From positions 1 to 53,852 of the forward strand of contig CALVXC010000003.1 in assembly GCA_944368805.1 (NCBI GenBank): a stretch of DNA of 53,852 bases, in the 5' to 3' direction. This DNA is from an uncultured Bacilli bacterium (GTDB lineage: Bacteria; Bacillota_I; Bacilli_A; RF39; UBA660). How positions within the stretch are numbered: position 1 is the stretch's first letter; each line of letters opens with the position of its first letter. A program made the position numbers and the translations under genes. Below the pieces are notes generated by a model. The model saw nothing but the letters and a program-made list of their open reading frames with translations. It was not told where the DNA came from and made no database searches. Positions 36,332 to 45,339 of the stretch are shown piece by piece.

Positions 36332-38857
36332 ATGGGACTTTTATTTATCAACGCTTTAAAAGGTTTGCGCCGAAAAAAAGTTCAAATGCTTGGTATTATT
36401 TTAATGGTTTTATTATCAACGGGTATTTATGTAACAATGAATACAGCTATTGATCGTTTAGAAGATCGTTATTATAATTATTTAGATAGTCAAAATGTTG
36501 AAGATTTTGCTTTTGATGTTGTTATTGATTTAGAAAAAGATATTAGTTTAGAAGATTTAGAACAATATAGATTAAATCAATTACAAAACTTAACTGAAAC
36601 GGAAAAGAAGATAATAGATTTATATCAATATAGTTTAATGACAGGTCAATCTTTAGATACGCAAACAAGTTATTATATTAAAAGTATTTTGAAAAAATAT
36701 GAAGTTGATATTCTTATTGGTAATCAAAAACTTGATAAAATAAAAGATGAATATGATTTTACTTATGAGGTAGAAAGAAGTAAAACAGTCTTTGATAAAG
36801 ATACAATGATTAAAGTTATTCCTTATGAGAAAGATACAATAATAAATAAAACTTATTTAGTTGATGGTGATTTTCCGACTAACGATAACGAAATAACTAT
36901 TTTGCCAGATTATGCTAAAGAAAACGATTTAAAAATTGGTGATACTTATAAAATAGGTGAAAAAGAATATAAAATAGTCGGTTTTACTTATGCACCTGAT
37001 TATATTTATCCGATGATTGATATTAGTAATCCTATTTTTGATGAGAGTAAAAACAATATTGTCTTTATGAGTGAAAATGATTATAAAGTGGTAAGTGGTG
37101 TTAATGATAATACCTATTCCTTAGTATTTAATTATGATCATGATCGAACATTTGAAATGTCTGATAGTGATAATGAAGATCCAATGATGAAACTATTTGA
37201 TGAAGAATCAGATACGATTGCAATGAGTCAAAATACGGTAATTCGAATGGCTCGTATCAGTGCTTTACAATTAGAATTTGGTGTTACTCGTAAATTTGCT
37301 GATTACTTTTTATACCTATTATTAGGTGTATCAGTGTTTATTATTACTGTTATTACAAAAAAACGAATTGATGATGAACGTTTACAAATTGGTGTTCTAA
37401 AATCATTAGGATATAATCGTTTATCAATTGCTTGTAGTTATTTAGTATATCCAATTATCGGTTCATTAATTGGTGGTGCTTTAGGATATTTATTAGGCAT
37501 TATAACTCACTATCCAATTACGGAATTATATCGGAGTTATTATACGATTCCATTAGATAATTTTAATTTCGATTTTAGTTATTTACTAACTTCTTTATTA
37601 CTGCCAACAATATTTTTATCAATAATTAGTTATTTAATAGCTATCTTTATGTTACGGAAAAAACCTTTACAATTACTTAAAGAAGGAAGTAATTTAAAAG
37701 TAAATTTGTTAAGTAAATTAGTTAATAAAATAACTAAACCATTACCTTTTGATTATCGTTTTAAATATTCTTTAGCTTCAAGGTCTTTAGGTAAATTATT
37801 AGTTGTTAGTTTAACTTCGTTTTGTACGGGATTATTAATTGTTTTAACTTTAATCGGTATGAATTTGTTTAATAATATGATTGATACTTCTTTTGAAGGA
37901 ATGAAATATGATTATATGGTTATTTTAAATCAAACCAATAATCAAGAAAAGGAAGAAAATAGTGATTTAATTTTAAGTCAATCTTTAGATTTAAAAGAAA
38001 TAAAAGGTGTTGATGGTAATACTTTAGAAGTCGAAGATAGGACAATTTCATTAAGTGGTATGGATGCTGATTTAAATTATTTTGAAATCTTAAATGAGGA
38101 TAAAGAAGATATATCAGATAAATTATTAGATGAAGATGGTATAATTATCAGTCAAACATTGAAAGAAGTTTTGGAAGTTGATATTGGTGACATCTTAGTT
38201 TTTGAAATCGATAATCAAAAAGTCGAATATCAAGTAATAGATGTTTGTAAAGAATATATGAGTTTAAGTGGTTATGTTAATCGTAATGGTTTAAGTAAAA
38301 AGTTAGGTTTAGAAGAATTTTCTTATAATCAATTTGCTACAACTGATAAGAAATATCAATCAATGGATAATTTGAGTGATGAGCAATTAGATAATATTAG
38401 TCGAATTGTTAGTATTACTGATTTAAAAGAAAACATTGCTAATCAAATGGAACAAATGAATGGAAGTATTTATATTGTTATTGCTTTTGCTTCGGTTATG
38501 GCTTTAATCATTATTGCTGTAATTGCTAATATCGTAGTTGAAGAAAATAAAAGAACAATTTCATTAATGAAAGTTATGGGTTATAATAATAAAAAAATCA
38601 GTCGCATTGTTTTAAATATTTATACTCCTTTTGTAATAATTGCGTATTTATTATCAATACCTTGTATGATTTCATTATTAAAATGGATCATAAGTTTATT
38701 AGTTGGTGATATGGATATGGTAATTCCTGTAACTTTTTCACCAGTTATGGCTTTAATAGGACTAATCGGTTTAGTTTTTGCTTATTATTTAGCTATTGCT
38801 ATATCTAGGCGTGTACTTAATAAAGTACCATTAGCTGTAGCTTTAAAAAGAGAGTAG
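36332..38857 (+). CDS. ABC transporter permease with two fused FtsX/MacB-type halves
   Basis: 841 aa. Two units of TM, large extracytoplasmic domain and three TMs. Its start abuts the upstream stop (TAAATG). Confidence 0.88.
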   Translation: MGLLFINALKGLRRKKVQMLGIILMVLLSTGIYVTMNTAIDRLEDRYYNYLDSQNVEDFAFDVVIDLEKDISLEDLEQYRLNQLQNLTETEKKIIDLYQYSLMTGQSLDTQTSYYIKSILKKYEVDILIGNQKLDKIKDEYDFTYEVERSKTVFDKDTMIKVIPYEKDTIINKTYLVDGDFPTNDNEITILPDYAKENDLKIGDTYKIGEKEYKIVGFTYAPDYIYPMIDISNPIFDESKNNIVFMSENDYKVVSGVNDNTYSLVFNYDHDRTFEMSDSDNEDPMMKLFDEESDTIAMSQNTVIRMARISALQLEFGVTRKFADYFLYLLLGVSVFIITVITKKRIDDERLQIGVLKSLGYNRLSIACSYLVYPIIGSLIGGALGYLLGIITHYPITELYRSYYTIPLDNFNFDFSYLLTSLLLPTIFLSIISYLIAIFMLRKKPLQLLKEGSNLKVNLLSKLVNKITKPLPFDYRFKYSLASRSLGKLLVVSLTSFCTGLLIVLTLIGMNLFNNMIDTSFEGMKYDYMVILNQTNNQEKEENSDLILSQSLDLKEIKGVDGNTLEVEDRTISLSGMDADLNYFEILNEDKEDISDKLLDEDGIIISQTLKEVLEVDIGDILVFEIDNQKVEYQVIDVCKEYMSLSGYVNRNGLSKKLGLEEFSYNQFATTDKKYQSMDNLSDEQLDNISRIVSITDLKENIANQMEQMNGSIYIVIAFASVMALIIIAVIANIVVEENKRTISLMKVMGYNNKKISRIVLNIYTPFVIIAYLLSIPCMISLLKWIISLLVGDMDMVIPVTFSPVMALIGLIGLVFAYYLAIAISRRVLNKVPLAVALKRE

Positions 38858-38865
38858 GTGGATAA

Positions 38866-39573
38866 ATGTCACAGTTGATTAAAATAGAAGATGTTTATAA
38901 AATTTATAAAGCTAGTGTTTATGAAACGAAAGCTTTAGATGGTGTTGATTTAACTATTGATGAAGGTGAAATTGTTGTTATTTTAGGTCCTAGTGGTAGT
39001 GGTAAGACAACTTTATTAAATTGCATATCTGGCTTAGATAAAGTTACTAGTGGCAAAATTATATACGAAGGTAAAAATATTGCTAAATATAGTGATCGTA
39101 AAATGACCAAATTTCGTAAAAAAAATCTTGGATTTATTTTCCAAACCTATAATTTATTAGAACATATAAATGTTTATGAAAATGTTTTAGTAGGAGCTTC
39201 GTTAGGCAAAAGTAAAGCTAATGTTATGGAAATCATTAAAACGGTTGATTTATATCGTCATCGTAAAAAATACATGCATGAATTATCAGGTGGGGAACAA
39301 CAACGAGTATCAATTGCTAGAGCTTTATCTAAAGAACCTAAAGTAATGTTTTGTGATGAACCAACTGGTGCTTTAGATGAAATTACGGGTAAGAAAGTTT
39401 TGAAAACATTGGTTGAAGCTAATGAAAAATTTAATACAACAATGATTATAGTAACTCATAATCCAGGAATTGCTTTAATAGGTGATAGAGTTATTAAAAT
39501 GAATAGTGGTCAAATAGTTGAACAAAACATTAATAAAAAACGAATTAGCCCATTAGAAATACCGTGGGGATAA
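38866..39573 (+). CDS. ABC transporter ATP-binding protein (MacB/FtsE/LolD-type), copy 2
   Basis: GPSGSGKTT, LSGGEQQRVSIARA, MFCDEPTGALD, VTHN. Paralogous to 35627-36331. Confidence 0.92.
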   Translation: MSQLIKIEDVYKIYKASVYETKALDGVDLTIDEGEIVVILGPSGSGKTTLLNCISGLDKVTSGKIIYEGKNIAKYSDRKMTKFRKKNLGFIFQTYNLLEHINVYENVLVGASLGKSKANVMEIIKTVDLYRHRKKYMHELSGGEQQRVSIARALSKEPKVMFCDEPTGALDEITGKKVLKTLVEANEKFNTTMIIVTHNPGIALIGDRVIKMNSGQIVEQNINKKRISPLEIPWG

Positions 39574-39601
39574 GTCTTTAGTTAAGTCTAAAGACTTTTT
39601 T
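39572..39601 (+). terminator. intrinsic terminator after the ABC operon
   Basis: AAGTCTTTAG-TTAAGT-CTAAAGACTT followed by a T run. Confidence 0.8.
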
Positions 39602-39758
39602 AATATATATCAATAGTCAGAAAAATTAAATAAATTAATTTTTATTTGTTTTTTTATAAATAAACTAAAGTTTAAATAAAGAGTAATAAATATAATATTT
39701 TTGTGAAAAGTATGTGAAAAATATTATATATATGGTATAATTAAAAAGGTGAGTTTTT

Positions 39759-40775
39759 ATGTCTAGTATAAAACTAATGATTGATAAAGTATTGGATATC
39801 GATAATAAAAGATTAAATTATTTAGTAAATTTAATTAGTAAAGAAAATAGTGTTTCTAAATTCAAGGTAAAATCTGATATGATAATTAATTTTTTAAAAT
39901 ATGGAATTAGTTATACTGATTATATGAAGGGAAATTATTTTAATTTAAAAAATAAAGAAAAGAAAGATTATATTAAAACAAAAAAGTTTTATAATATTAT
40001 TAATTATTTGAATGATAAAAATTATCGTTACATATTTTTAGATAAAATTGCTTTTAATAAAAAGTTTAAAAAGTTTATAGGTCGTGATTTTATTGATTTA
40101 AGGGATACTAATTATCAGGATTTTGTTAAATTTGTTACCAATAAAGAAAGTGTATTTGCTAAAAAACATAATTCTTTTGGTGGAGATGGTGTTGAAAAAA
40201 TTGTTTTAACTGAAAATTTGAATTTAAAAAAATTATACGATAAACTTTTAATAAATAAACAATATTTAGTTGAAGATACAATTATTCAACATGATTATTT
40301 AAACAAAATTAACCCTAACGCTGTTAATACTGTTAGAATAGTAACGTTAGTCAAAGATAACAAAGTTCATGTTATTGGAAAAACTATTAGATTAAATACT
40401 GGTGAAGAAGAAGTAATTAGTTGTCACGATATTTTTGCTTCTTTAGATGAAGATGGAAATTTATTAGGAAATGTTGTTGATGATGATTGTCATATTTATA
40501 CTCAGCATCCTTTAACTAAATTTAAATTTACTAATGTTAAAATACCATATATAAAAGAAGCTATCCAAATGGTTAAAGAAGCTGGTTTAGTAGTTCCTCA
40601 AATTCGTTATGTTGGTTGGGATGTTGCTATAACTAAAGATGGACCTGTTATTATTGAGGGTAATTTTTACCCAAGTTATGGTTTATTTCAATATTATTTA
40701 TTAAATGATGGCGCTCCTGTAGGGAAATTGAAACTCATTAAAAATATTTTAGATGATGAAGCAAAGAATATTTGA
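39759..40775 (+). CDS. ATP-grasp fold protein (sugar-transfer-associated ATP-grasp type)
   Basis: LDKIAFNKKFKKFIGRDFIDL, FAKKHNSFGGDGVEKI, NTVRIVTL, VGWDVAITKDGPVIIEGN. The layout matches my recollection of the ATPgrasp_ST family. Confidence 0.65.
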   Translation: MSSIKLMIDKVLDIDNKRLNYLVNLISKENSVSKFKVKSDMIINFLKYGISYTDYMKGNYFNLKNKEKKDYIKTKKFYNIINYLNDKNYRYIFLDKIAFNKKFKKFIGRDFIDLRDTNYQDFVKFVTNKESVFAKKHNSFGGDGVEKIVLTENLNLKKLYDKLLINKQYLVEDTIIQHDYLNKINPNAVNTVRIVTLVKDNKVHVIGKTIRLNTGEEEVISCHDIFASLDEDGNLLGNVVDDDCHIYTQHPLTKFKFTNVKIPYIKEAIQMVKEAGLVVPQIRYVGWDVAITKDGPVIIEGNFYPSYGLFQYYLLNDGAPVGKLKLIKNILDDEAKNI

Positions 40776-40793
40776 TTTTTTGCTTTTTTAATA

Positions 40794-40820
40794 ATAAAAA
40801 AATAGGCCTTTTGCCTATTT
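40794..40820. terminator. bidirectional terminator between the ATP-grasp gene and rpsD
   Basis: ATAGGC-CTTTT-GCCTAT, extended by flanking A and T runs. Confidence 0.65.
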
Positions 40821-40822
40821 AA

Positions 40823-41422
40823 TTATCTATTATAGAATTCAACAATTAATGATTCGTTAATTTCTGGATTTAATTCACTTCTTTCTGGATATCTTAAGTA
40901 AGTTCCAGTTTTCTTTTTATCGTCATAAGCAATGTATTCAACACGATTGCTAACTTTTTCTAATGAATTGTTAACAACTAAAAGATCTTTATTACCTTTT
41001 AGGCCAATCACATCATTAGGTTTAACACGATATGAAGGAATATCTACTTTTTTACCATTAACAGTTATATGTCCATGATTAACTAGTTGTCTTGCTCCTT
41101 TTCTTGTTGATGCAAAACCAATTCGATAAACTAAATTATCTAAACGGCTTTCAAGTAATTTTAAGAAATTTTCACCATGAACACCTTTTAATTTACCAGC
41201 TTCTTCAAAAGTTTTACGGAATTGTTTTTCGTTTAAACCATACATAAATTTAACTTTTTGTTTTTCTTGTAATTGAATACCATAATCAGATGGTTTTTTA
41301 GCTCTTTTTTTACTATGTTGACCTGGAATGTAAGGCTTTTTAGATAATTCTTGATTAGTTTCTAAAATAGAAAAACCATAACGACGACTTTTTCGATAAG
41401 TTGGTCCAGTATACCTTGACAT
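40823..41422 (-). CDS. rpsD: 30S ribosomal protein S4
   Basis: MSRYTGPTYRKSRRYGFSI..., S4 RNA-binding domain (RLDNLVYRIGFASTRKGARQLVNHGHITVNGKKV). Confidence 0.98.
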   Translation of the reverse strand: MSRYTGPTYRKSRRYGFSILETNQELSKKPYIPGQHSKKRAKKPSDYGIQLQEKQKVKFMYGLNEKQFRKTFEEAGKLKGVHGENFLKLLESRLDNLVYRIGFASTRKGARQLVNHGHITVNGKKVDIPSYRVKPNDVIGLKGNKDLLVVNNSLEKVSNRVEYIAYDDKKKTGTYLRYPERSELNPEINESLIVEFYNR

Positions 41423-41575
41423 AAACTCTCCTTTCTAAGCGTAACATCAAGGTTATTTTGTCAAATTATAGGGTGTTTATTTTAATATCTTCGCTTTGCA
41501 GCTAAAGTTACACAATAACCCGTAAGGTAATAAACACGTTATAATTTTCAAAATAACGCTGCTAGATGTGTTGCA
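41423..41575 (-). promoter_or_regulatory. 5' leader of rpsD, about 150 nt and relatively GC-enriched (candidate S4 autoregulatory RNA)
   Basis: Lies between a near-consensus promoter and the GGAGAG SD. Local G/C content is clearly above the surrounding intergenic DNA. Confidence 0.45.
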
Positions 41576-41581
41576 GTTATA

Positions 41582-41610
41582 ATTATATTATGTTTTTATT
41601 TGTTAGTCAA
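41582..41610 (-). promoter_or_regulatory. rpsD promoter
   Basis: Minus strand reads TTGACT (41610-41605), 17-nt spacer, TATAAT (41587-41582). Confidence 0.7.
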
Positions 41611-41632
41611 TACCAAATAAATAATTTATTAA

Positions 41633-42163
41633 TTATTTTAATACTTTAGTTTTATAAAGTTTTGGTGTGTTAAAGTTATTTTCCTTAATGACTTCTTTTT
41701 TAGCTATCCATTTTTTATCAATGTTTCTTAAAGAAACTATCGTTTGTTCTGGATTGTTAGTTTCACGATTACTTTCCACTTTAAATATTAACATATTACC
41801 GGTTTTAAAACAAAAAACCAAATTAGCGTAAAAAATATCGTGTCCATCATATTTATCAGTAATACTATAATCAATGTATACTGATTCTTCTGTTTCTTTA
41901 ATAGTTTTGATTTCAGGAATATGACATGTTCCAATCATACGATTATGAACTTGACATATTTGATCGAAGACAAAATTATATGGTGTTTGATTAGATATAA
42001 CTTCATTGTTGTTTTCGTTGAATATTACTTTGTCATCAATACCATTAGGATATTTAAAAATTTTTTTAATCATTTCGCTTGTTGTATCTATTACATGTGG
42101 TGTAATATCTAAACAGGCATCTAAAGAATCTGTTAATTTCTTTAACTTTTTATTTCTAGTCAT
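41633..42163 (-). CDS. hypothetical protein (176 aa)
   Basis: Strong SD AAGGAGGAAG upstream of the ATG. No TM and no recognised motif. Confidence 0.6.
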   Translation of the reverse strand: MTRNKKLKKLTDSLDACLDITPHVIDTTSEMIKKIFKYPNGIDDKVIFNENNNEVISNQTPYNFVFDQICQVHNRMIGTCHIPEIKTIKETEESVYIDYSITDKYDGHDIFYANLVFCFKTGNMLIFKVESNRETNNPEQTIVSLRNIDKKWIAKKEVIKENNFNTPKLYKTKVLK

Positions 42164-42227
42164 TTTCTTCCTCCTTTTGATGAATATAGAATAACATATT
42201 TAAATATAAAAAGCAATAAAAATATTC

Positions 42228-42256
42228 TTGCCAAACAAGAATTAAAATGTTATATT
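42228..42256 (+). promoter_or_regulatory. promoter of the 42290 gene, with an overlapping inverted repeat
   Basis: TTGCCA (42228-42233), 17-nt spacer, TGtTATATT (-10 at 42251-42256). The inverted repeat ATTCTTG-N5-CAAGAAT (42224-42242) covers the -35. Confidence 0.45.
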
Positions 42257-42289
42257 ATTAATAAGATAATATAAAGTAAGGGTGATAAA

Positions 42290-42826
42290 TTGAACGATAA
42301 AGCGAGAGTGATTGACGACGCATTAAAAGATACGGTTAATAAGTATTATCTGAATGTTAAAAGTAATAAGAAGTTATGTAATTTATATATTCAACTTTTA
42401 AGTAATGTGATTGAAGGTAATTTTGGTTGTATTACAACTATTGGTGGTGCGAGAGATAATTTAAAACAATTGGGTACAACAGTTATTATATTGGAACTTA
42501 TGAAAAATATAATTAAAGTTAATTCTTTTTACAATAATAATAAAGAATATGTTCCTATTAAAACGGATAAAACTTTAGATAGTAATGATTTAAACGTTGA
42601 AGAAGTTGAATTTTTGGTTTATAGAGAAATTTTAAGAAGTAATAGTGATATTGTTTTTTCTAAAATGTTAAACAATCCTAAAGTTTTATTAGGTTCGATT
42701 ATTTCATTTGTTGATTCACGATATAATGAAAAAACTAAAATACCTAATATCGATGTTGTAAGAGATTATAATGATTTAATGGTTATTTCGCAAATAAATC
42801 GTTCTCAAGATCAAGTAATTGGTTGA
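42290..42826 (+). CDS. hypothetical protein (178 aa)
   Basis: TTG start 5 nt after AAGGGTGA. No recognised motif. Confidence 0.55.
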   Translation: MNDKARVIDDALKDTVNKYYLNVKSNKKLCNLYIQLLSNVIEGNFGCITTIGGARDNLKQLGTTVIILELMKNIIKVNSFYNNNKEYVPIKTDKTLDSNDLNVEEVEFLVYREILRSNSDIVFSKMLNNPKVLLGSIISFVDSRYNEKTKIPNIDVVRDYNDLMVISQINRSQDQVIG

Positions 42827-42850
42827 AAAAAATAAAAAATATGTTATAAT
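42823..42850 (+). promoter_or_regulatory. promoter of the serS T-box leader
   Basis: TTGAAA (42823-42828), 16-nt spacer, TGtTATAAT (-10 at 42845-42850). Confidence 0.6.
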
Positions 42851-42857
42851 GTTAATA

Positions 42858-43058
42858 TATTTAAATTGTTACTTGGAAATTAGTAATAACTTATAATTGT
42901 TTAATAGAGAGTTAGTGGTTGGTGGAAACTAATAATAATTGGTTATGAATCTACTCCAAAGAGGAACTAATCATTCTCGGGTTATCCCGTTATCTTAAAT
43001 TAAGACTATTATTAGGATGGTACCGCATTAATTGCTCCTAATTATTAGTCTTATTTTT
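42858..43058 (+). promoter_or_regulatory. T-box riboswitch leader with a serine specifier
   Basis: AGAGAG box (about 42906). Specifier-loop context GAA-TCT-A with TCT at 42950-42952. T-box sequence AGGATGGTACCGCA (about 43014-43027). Terminator TAAGACTATTATTAGGA / TCCTAATTATTAGTCTTA (43001-43053) plus TTTTT. Confidence 0.85.
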
Positions 43059-43081
43059 ATTAAAAAGAAAGAAGGTATATA

Positions 43082-44365
43082 GTGATAGATATTAAATTAA
43101 TTAGAGAAAATCCTGAATTAGTAAAAGAAAATATTAGAAAAAAATTTCAAGATCATAAATTGCCATTAGTTGATGAAGTTAAAGATTTAGATTATAAATT
43201 TCGAATAGTAAAACAAGAAGGTGATGATTTACGAGCTTTAAAAAATACTAAAAGCGATATGATTGGTAAACTTATGCGTGATGGCAATAAAGATGAAGCT
43301 ATGAGAATAAAAAATGAAGTTTCTAATTTTAATCATAAGATAGATGAATTAACAAAAGAAGAAGAAAGTTTACAACAAGAAATAAAAAAGAGAATGATGT
43401 TAATTCCTAATATTATTGATGCATCAGTACCAATTGGTAAAGATGATAGCGAAAATGTTGAAATAAAAAAATATGGTGAACCATCAGTGCCTGATTACGA
43501 AATACCTTATCACGCTGATATAATTGAAAGCTTAAACGGTCTTGATAAAGTAAGTGCGGGCAGAACTAGTGGAAATGGCTTTTATTATTTAATGGGAGAT
43601 ATTGCTAGATTATCAAGCGCGATGCTTGCGTATGCACGTGATTTTATGATTGATAAAGGATTTACTTATTGTATTCCACCTTTTATGATTCGTTCTGACG
43701 TAGTAACCGGAGTTATGAGTTTTGAAGAGATGGATGCAATGATGTATAAAATAGAGGGTGAAGATTTATATTTAATAGGAACTAGTGAACATTCAATGAT
43801 TGGTAAATTTAAAGATCAAATCATTAAAGAAAGTGATTTGCCTATTACTTTAACTTCTTATTCACCATGTTTTAGAAAAGAAGTAGGAGCTCATGGTATC
43901 GAGGAACGGGGAATTTATAGAGTTCATCAATTTGAAAAACAAGAAATGATTGTTTTGTGTAAACCTGAAGAAGCTTTCAAGTGGTATGATAAAATGTGGT
44001 CATATACAGTTGAATTATTTAGAAACATGGATATTCCAGTTAGAACTTTAGAATGTTGTAGTGGAGATTTAGCTGATTTAAAAGTAAAATCATGTGATGT
44101 TGAAGCTTGGAGTCCAAGAAGAAAAGACTATTTTGAAGTTGGTTCTTGTTCAACTTTAGGTGATGCTCAGGCGAGAAGATTAGGAATTCGAAGTAAAGGG
44201 GATAATGGTACATATTATGTTAGTACTTTAAATAATACAGTTTTAGCTTCAACTAGAGCTTTGATTGCTTTAATTGAAAATAATTATAATTCAGATGGAA
44301 GTATTAATGTTCCTGTTTCATTACAACCTTATATGGGTGGAATTAAAGTAATAAAACCTAAATAG
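43082..44365 (+). CDS. serS: serine--tRNA ligase
   Basis: N-terminal coiled-coil arm and a class II core (FRKE, GIYRVHQFEKQEM, TLNNT...RALIAL). GTG start behind GAAGG. Confidence 0.95.
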   Translation: MIDIKLIRENPELVKENIRKKFQDHKLPLVDEVKDLDYKFRIVKQEGDDLRALKNTKSDMIGKLMRDGNKDEAMRIKNEVSNFNHKIDELTKEEESLQQEIKKRMMLIPNIIDASVPIGKDDSENVEIKKYGEPSVPDYEIPYHADIIESLNGLDKVSAGRTSGNGFYYLMGDIARLSSAMLAYARDFMIDKGFTYCIPPFMIRSDVVTGVMSFEEMDAMMYKIEGEDLYLIGTSEHSMIGKFKDQIIKESDLPITLTSYSPCFRKEVGAHGIEERGIYRVHQFEKQEMIVLCKPEEAFKWYDKMWSYTVELFRNMDIPVRTLECCSGDLADLKVKSCDVEAWSPRRKDYFEVGSCSTLGDAQARRLGIRSKGDNGTYYVSTLNNTVLASTRALIALIENNYNSDGSINVPVSLQPYMGGIKVIKPK

Positions 44366-45289
44366 GTGATTGTGATGAATAGTTTACAACTTTATATAGA
44401 TAAAATAATAGAAAAAACAAAAGATTATAATCAACTTGAAAAAGTACGTTATGTTTATATTGAATTAGGTAAAATAATGTCTTTTGATTTAGATTTTTCC
44501 TTTGGAAATACGAAAAGTAAATTAAAAATATATAATGATTGTAAGAAAAATTTAGTACACTTACAAAATTATTTTGAAAATCAAATTATTATTTGTAAAT
44601 CTTTATCATATTTATTAGAATACATTTTAAACAAATTAGCAATTAAAACAGAAACTATTGTCGAAAAATCAGAACAAGTAAAATATCAACATGTTTGGAA
44701 TTTAATAACTTTAAATAACGGTTTAACTTTTAAAGTTGATTTACAATCTGATTTACAAAATATTCAAGGCCATTTACGAACTAAATATTTTGGTTTACAT
44801 GCTGATACAAATATTGAAATAATATCACCTGAGAAAATAGAAAAACTTGATAAAAAAATCGGATATATTAAAGAAGATAATTATTATACTAACGATTATA
44901 TATATCTTATAATGACAGCTTTACAAAACAATATACCAATTGATAAGAAAATAGATCTTATTTTACAAAATATAGATGCTTATTGTGATAATAAAAAAAT
45001 GCGTTATGCTGAGAGAAGATGGTATTATTATGAATTTATCTTTAGTTTATTAACCGATAAAGAGACGAATAAAGTTCATTTTATTGATGCTTATAAAAAC
45101 AAAAATGAATATACTGTGTGTGTAGTTGTTGATATGCCTTTTGGTGAAGATAAAGTTTATTTATTTAATAATGAAAATCAAAAATTTTTAGGAATGAATT
45201 TACAACAATTAGCTTTAGAAATTAATAAAGGGTTAACTATAACTTCAGGTATAAAGGGTTTAAGAAAATATTTAAAAAAAATCAATTAA
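44366..45289 (+). CDS. hypothetical protein with a transglutaminase-like Cys-His-Asp core
   Basis: IICKSLSYLLEYILNKLAIKTETIV ... QHVWNLITLNNGLTFKVDLQSD parallels the C...H.W...D arrangement of transglutaminase-like cysteine peptidases. It starts immediately after the serS stop; ATG 44375 is an alternative. Confidence 0.55.
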   Translation: MIVMNSLQLYIDKIIEKTKDYNQLEKVRYVYIELGKIMSFDLDFSFGNTKSKLKIYNDCKKNLVHLQNYFENQIIICKSLSYLLEYILNKLAIKTETIVEKSEQVKYQHVWNLITLNNGLTFKVDLQSDLQNIQGHLRTKYFGLHADTNIEIISPEKIEKLDKKIGYIKEDNYYTNDYIYLIMTALQNNIPIDKKIDLILQNIDAYCDNKKMRYAERRWYYYEFIFSLLTDKETNKVHFIDAYKNKNEYTVCVVVDMPFGEDKVYLFNNENQKFLGMNLQQLALEINKGLTITSGIKGLRKYLKKIN

Positions 45290-45298
45290 CTTAAAAAA

Positions 45299-45339
45299 AC
45301 AAATTATGAATTTAAGATGTTTCATAATCTGTTTTTTTT
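45299..45339. terminator. bidirectional terminator
   Basis: ACAAATTATGAA / TTCATAATCTGT stem with one mismatch, an A run upstream and a T run downstream. Overlaps the sortase 3' end. Confidence 0.55.

Noticed and set aside
38919-39110. 63-aa ORF antisense to the second ABC ATPase
   Set aside because: It lies opposite the Walker A region of a clear ABC ATPase gene.
41921-42194. Two plus-strand ORFs (41921-42112 and 42006-42194) overlapping the minus-strand 176-aa gene
   Set aside because: The minus-strand frame is longer and has a strong AAGGAGG SD, whereas the plus-strand frames lack SDs. Because the host gene is itself an orphan, this rejection is less certain than the others.
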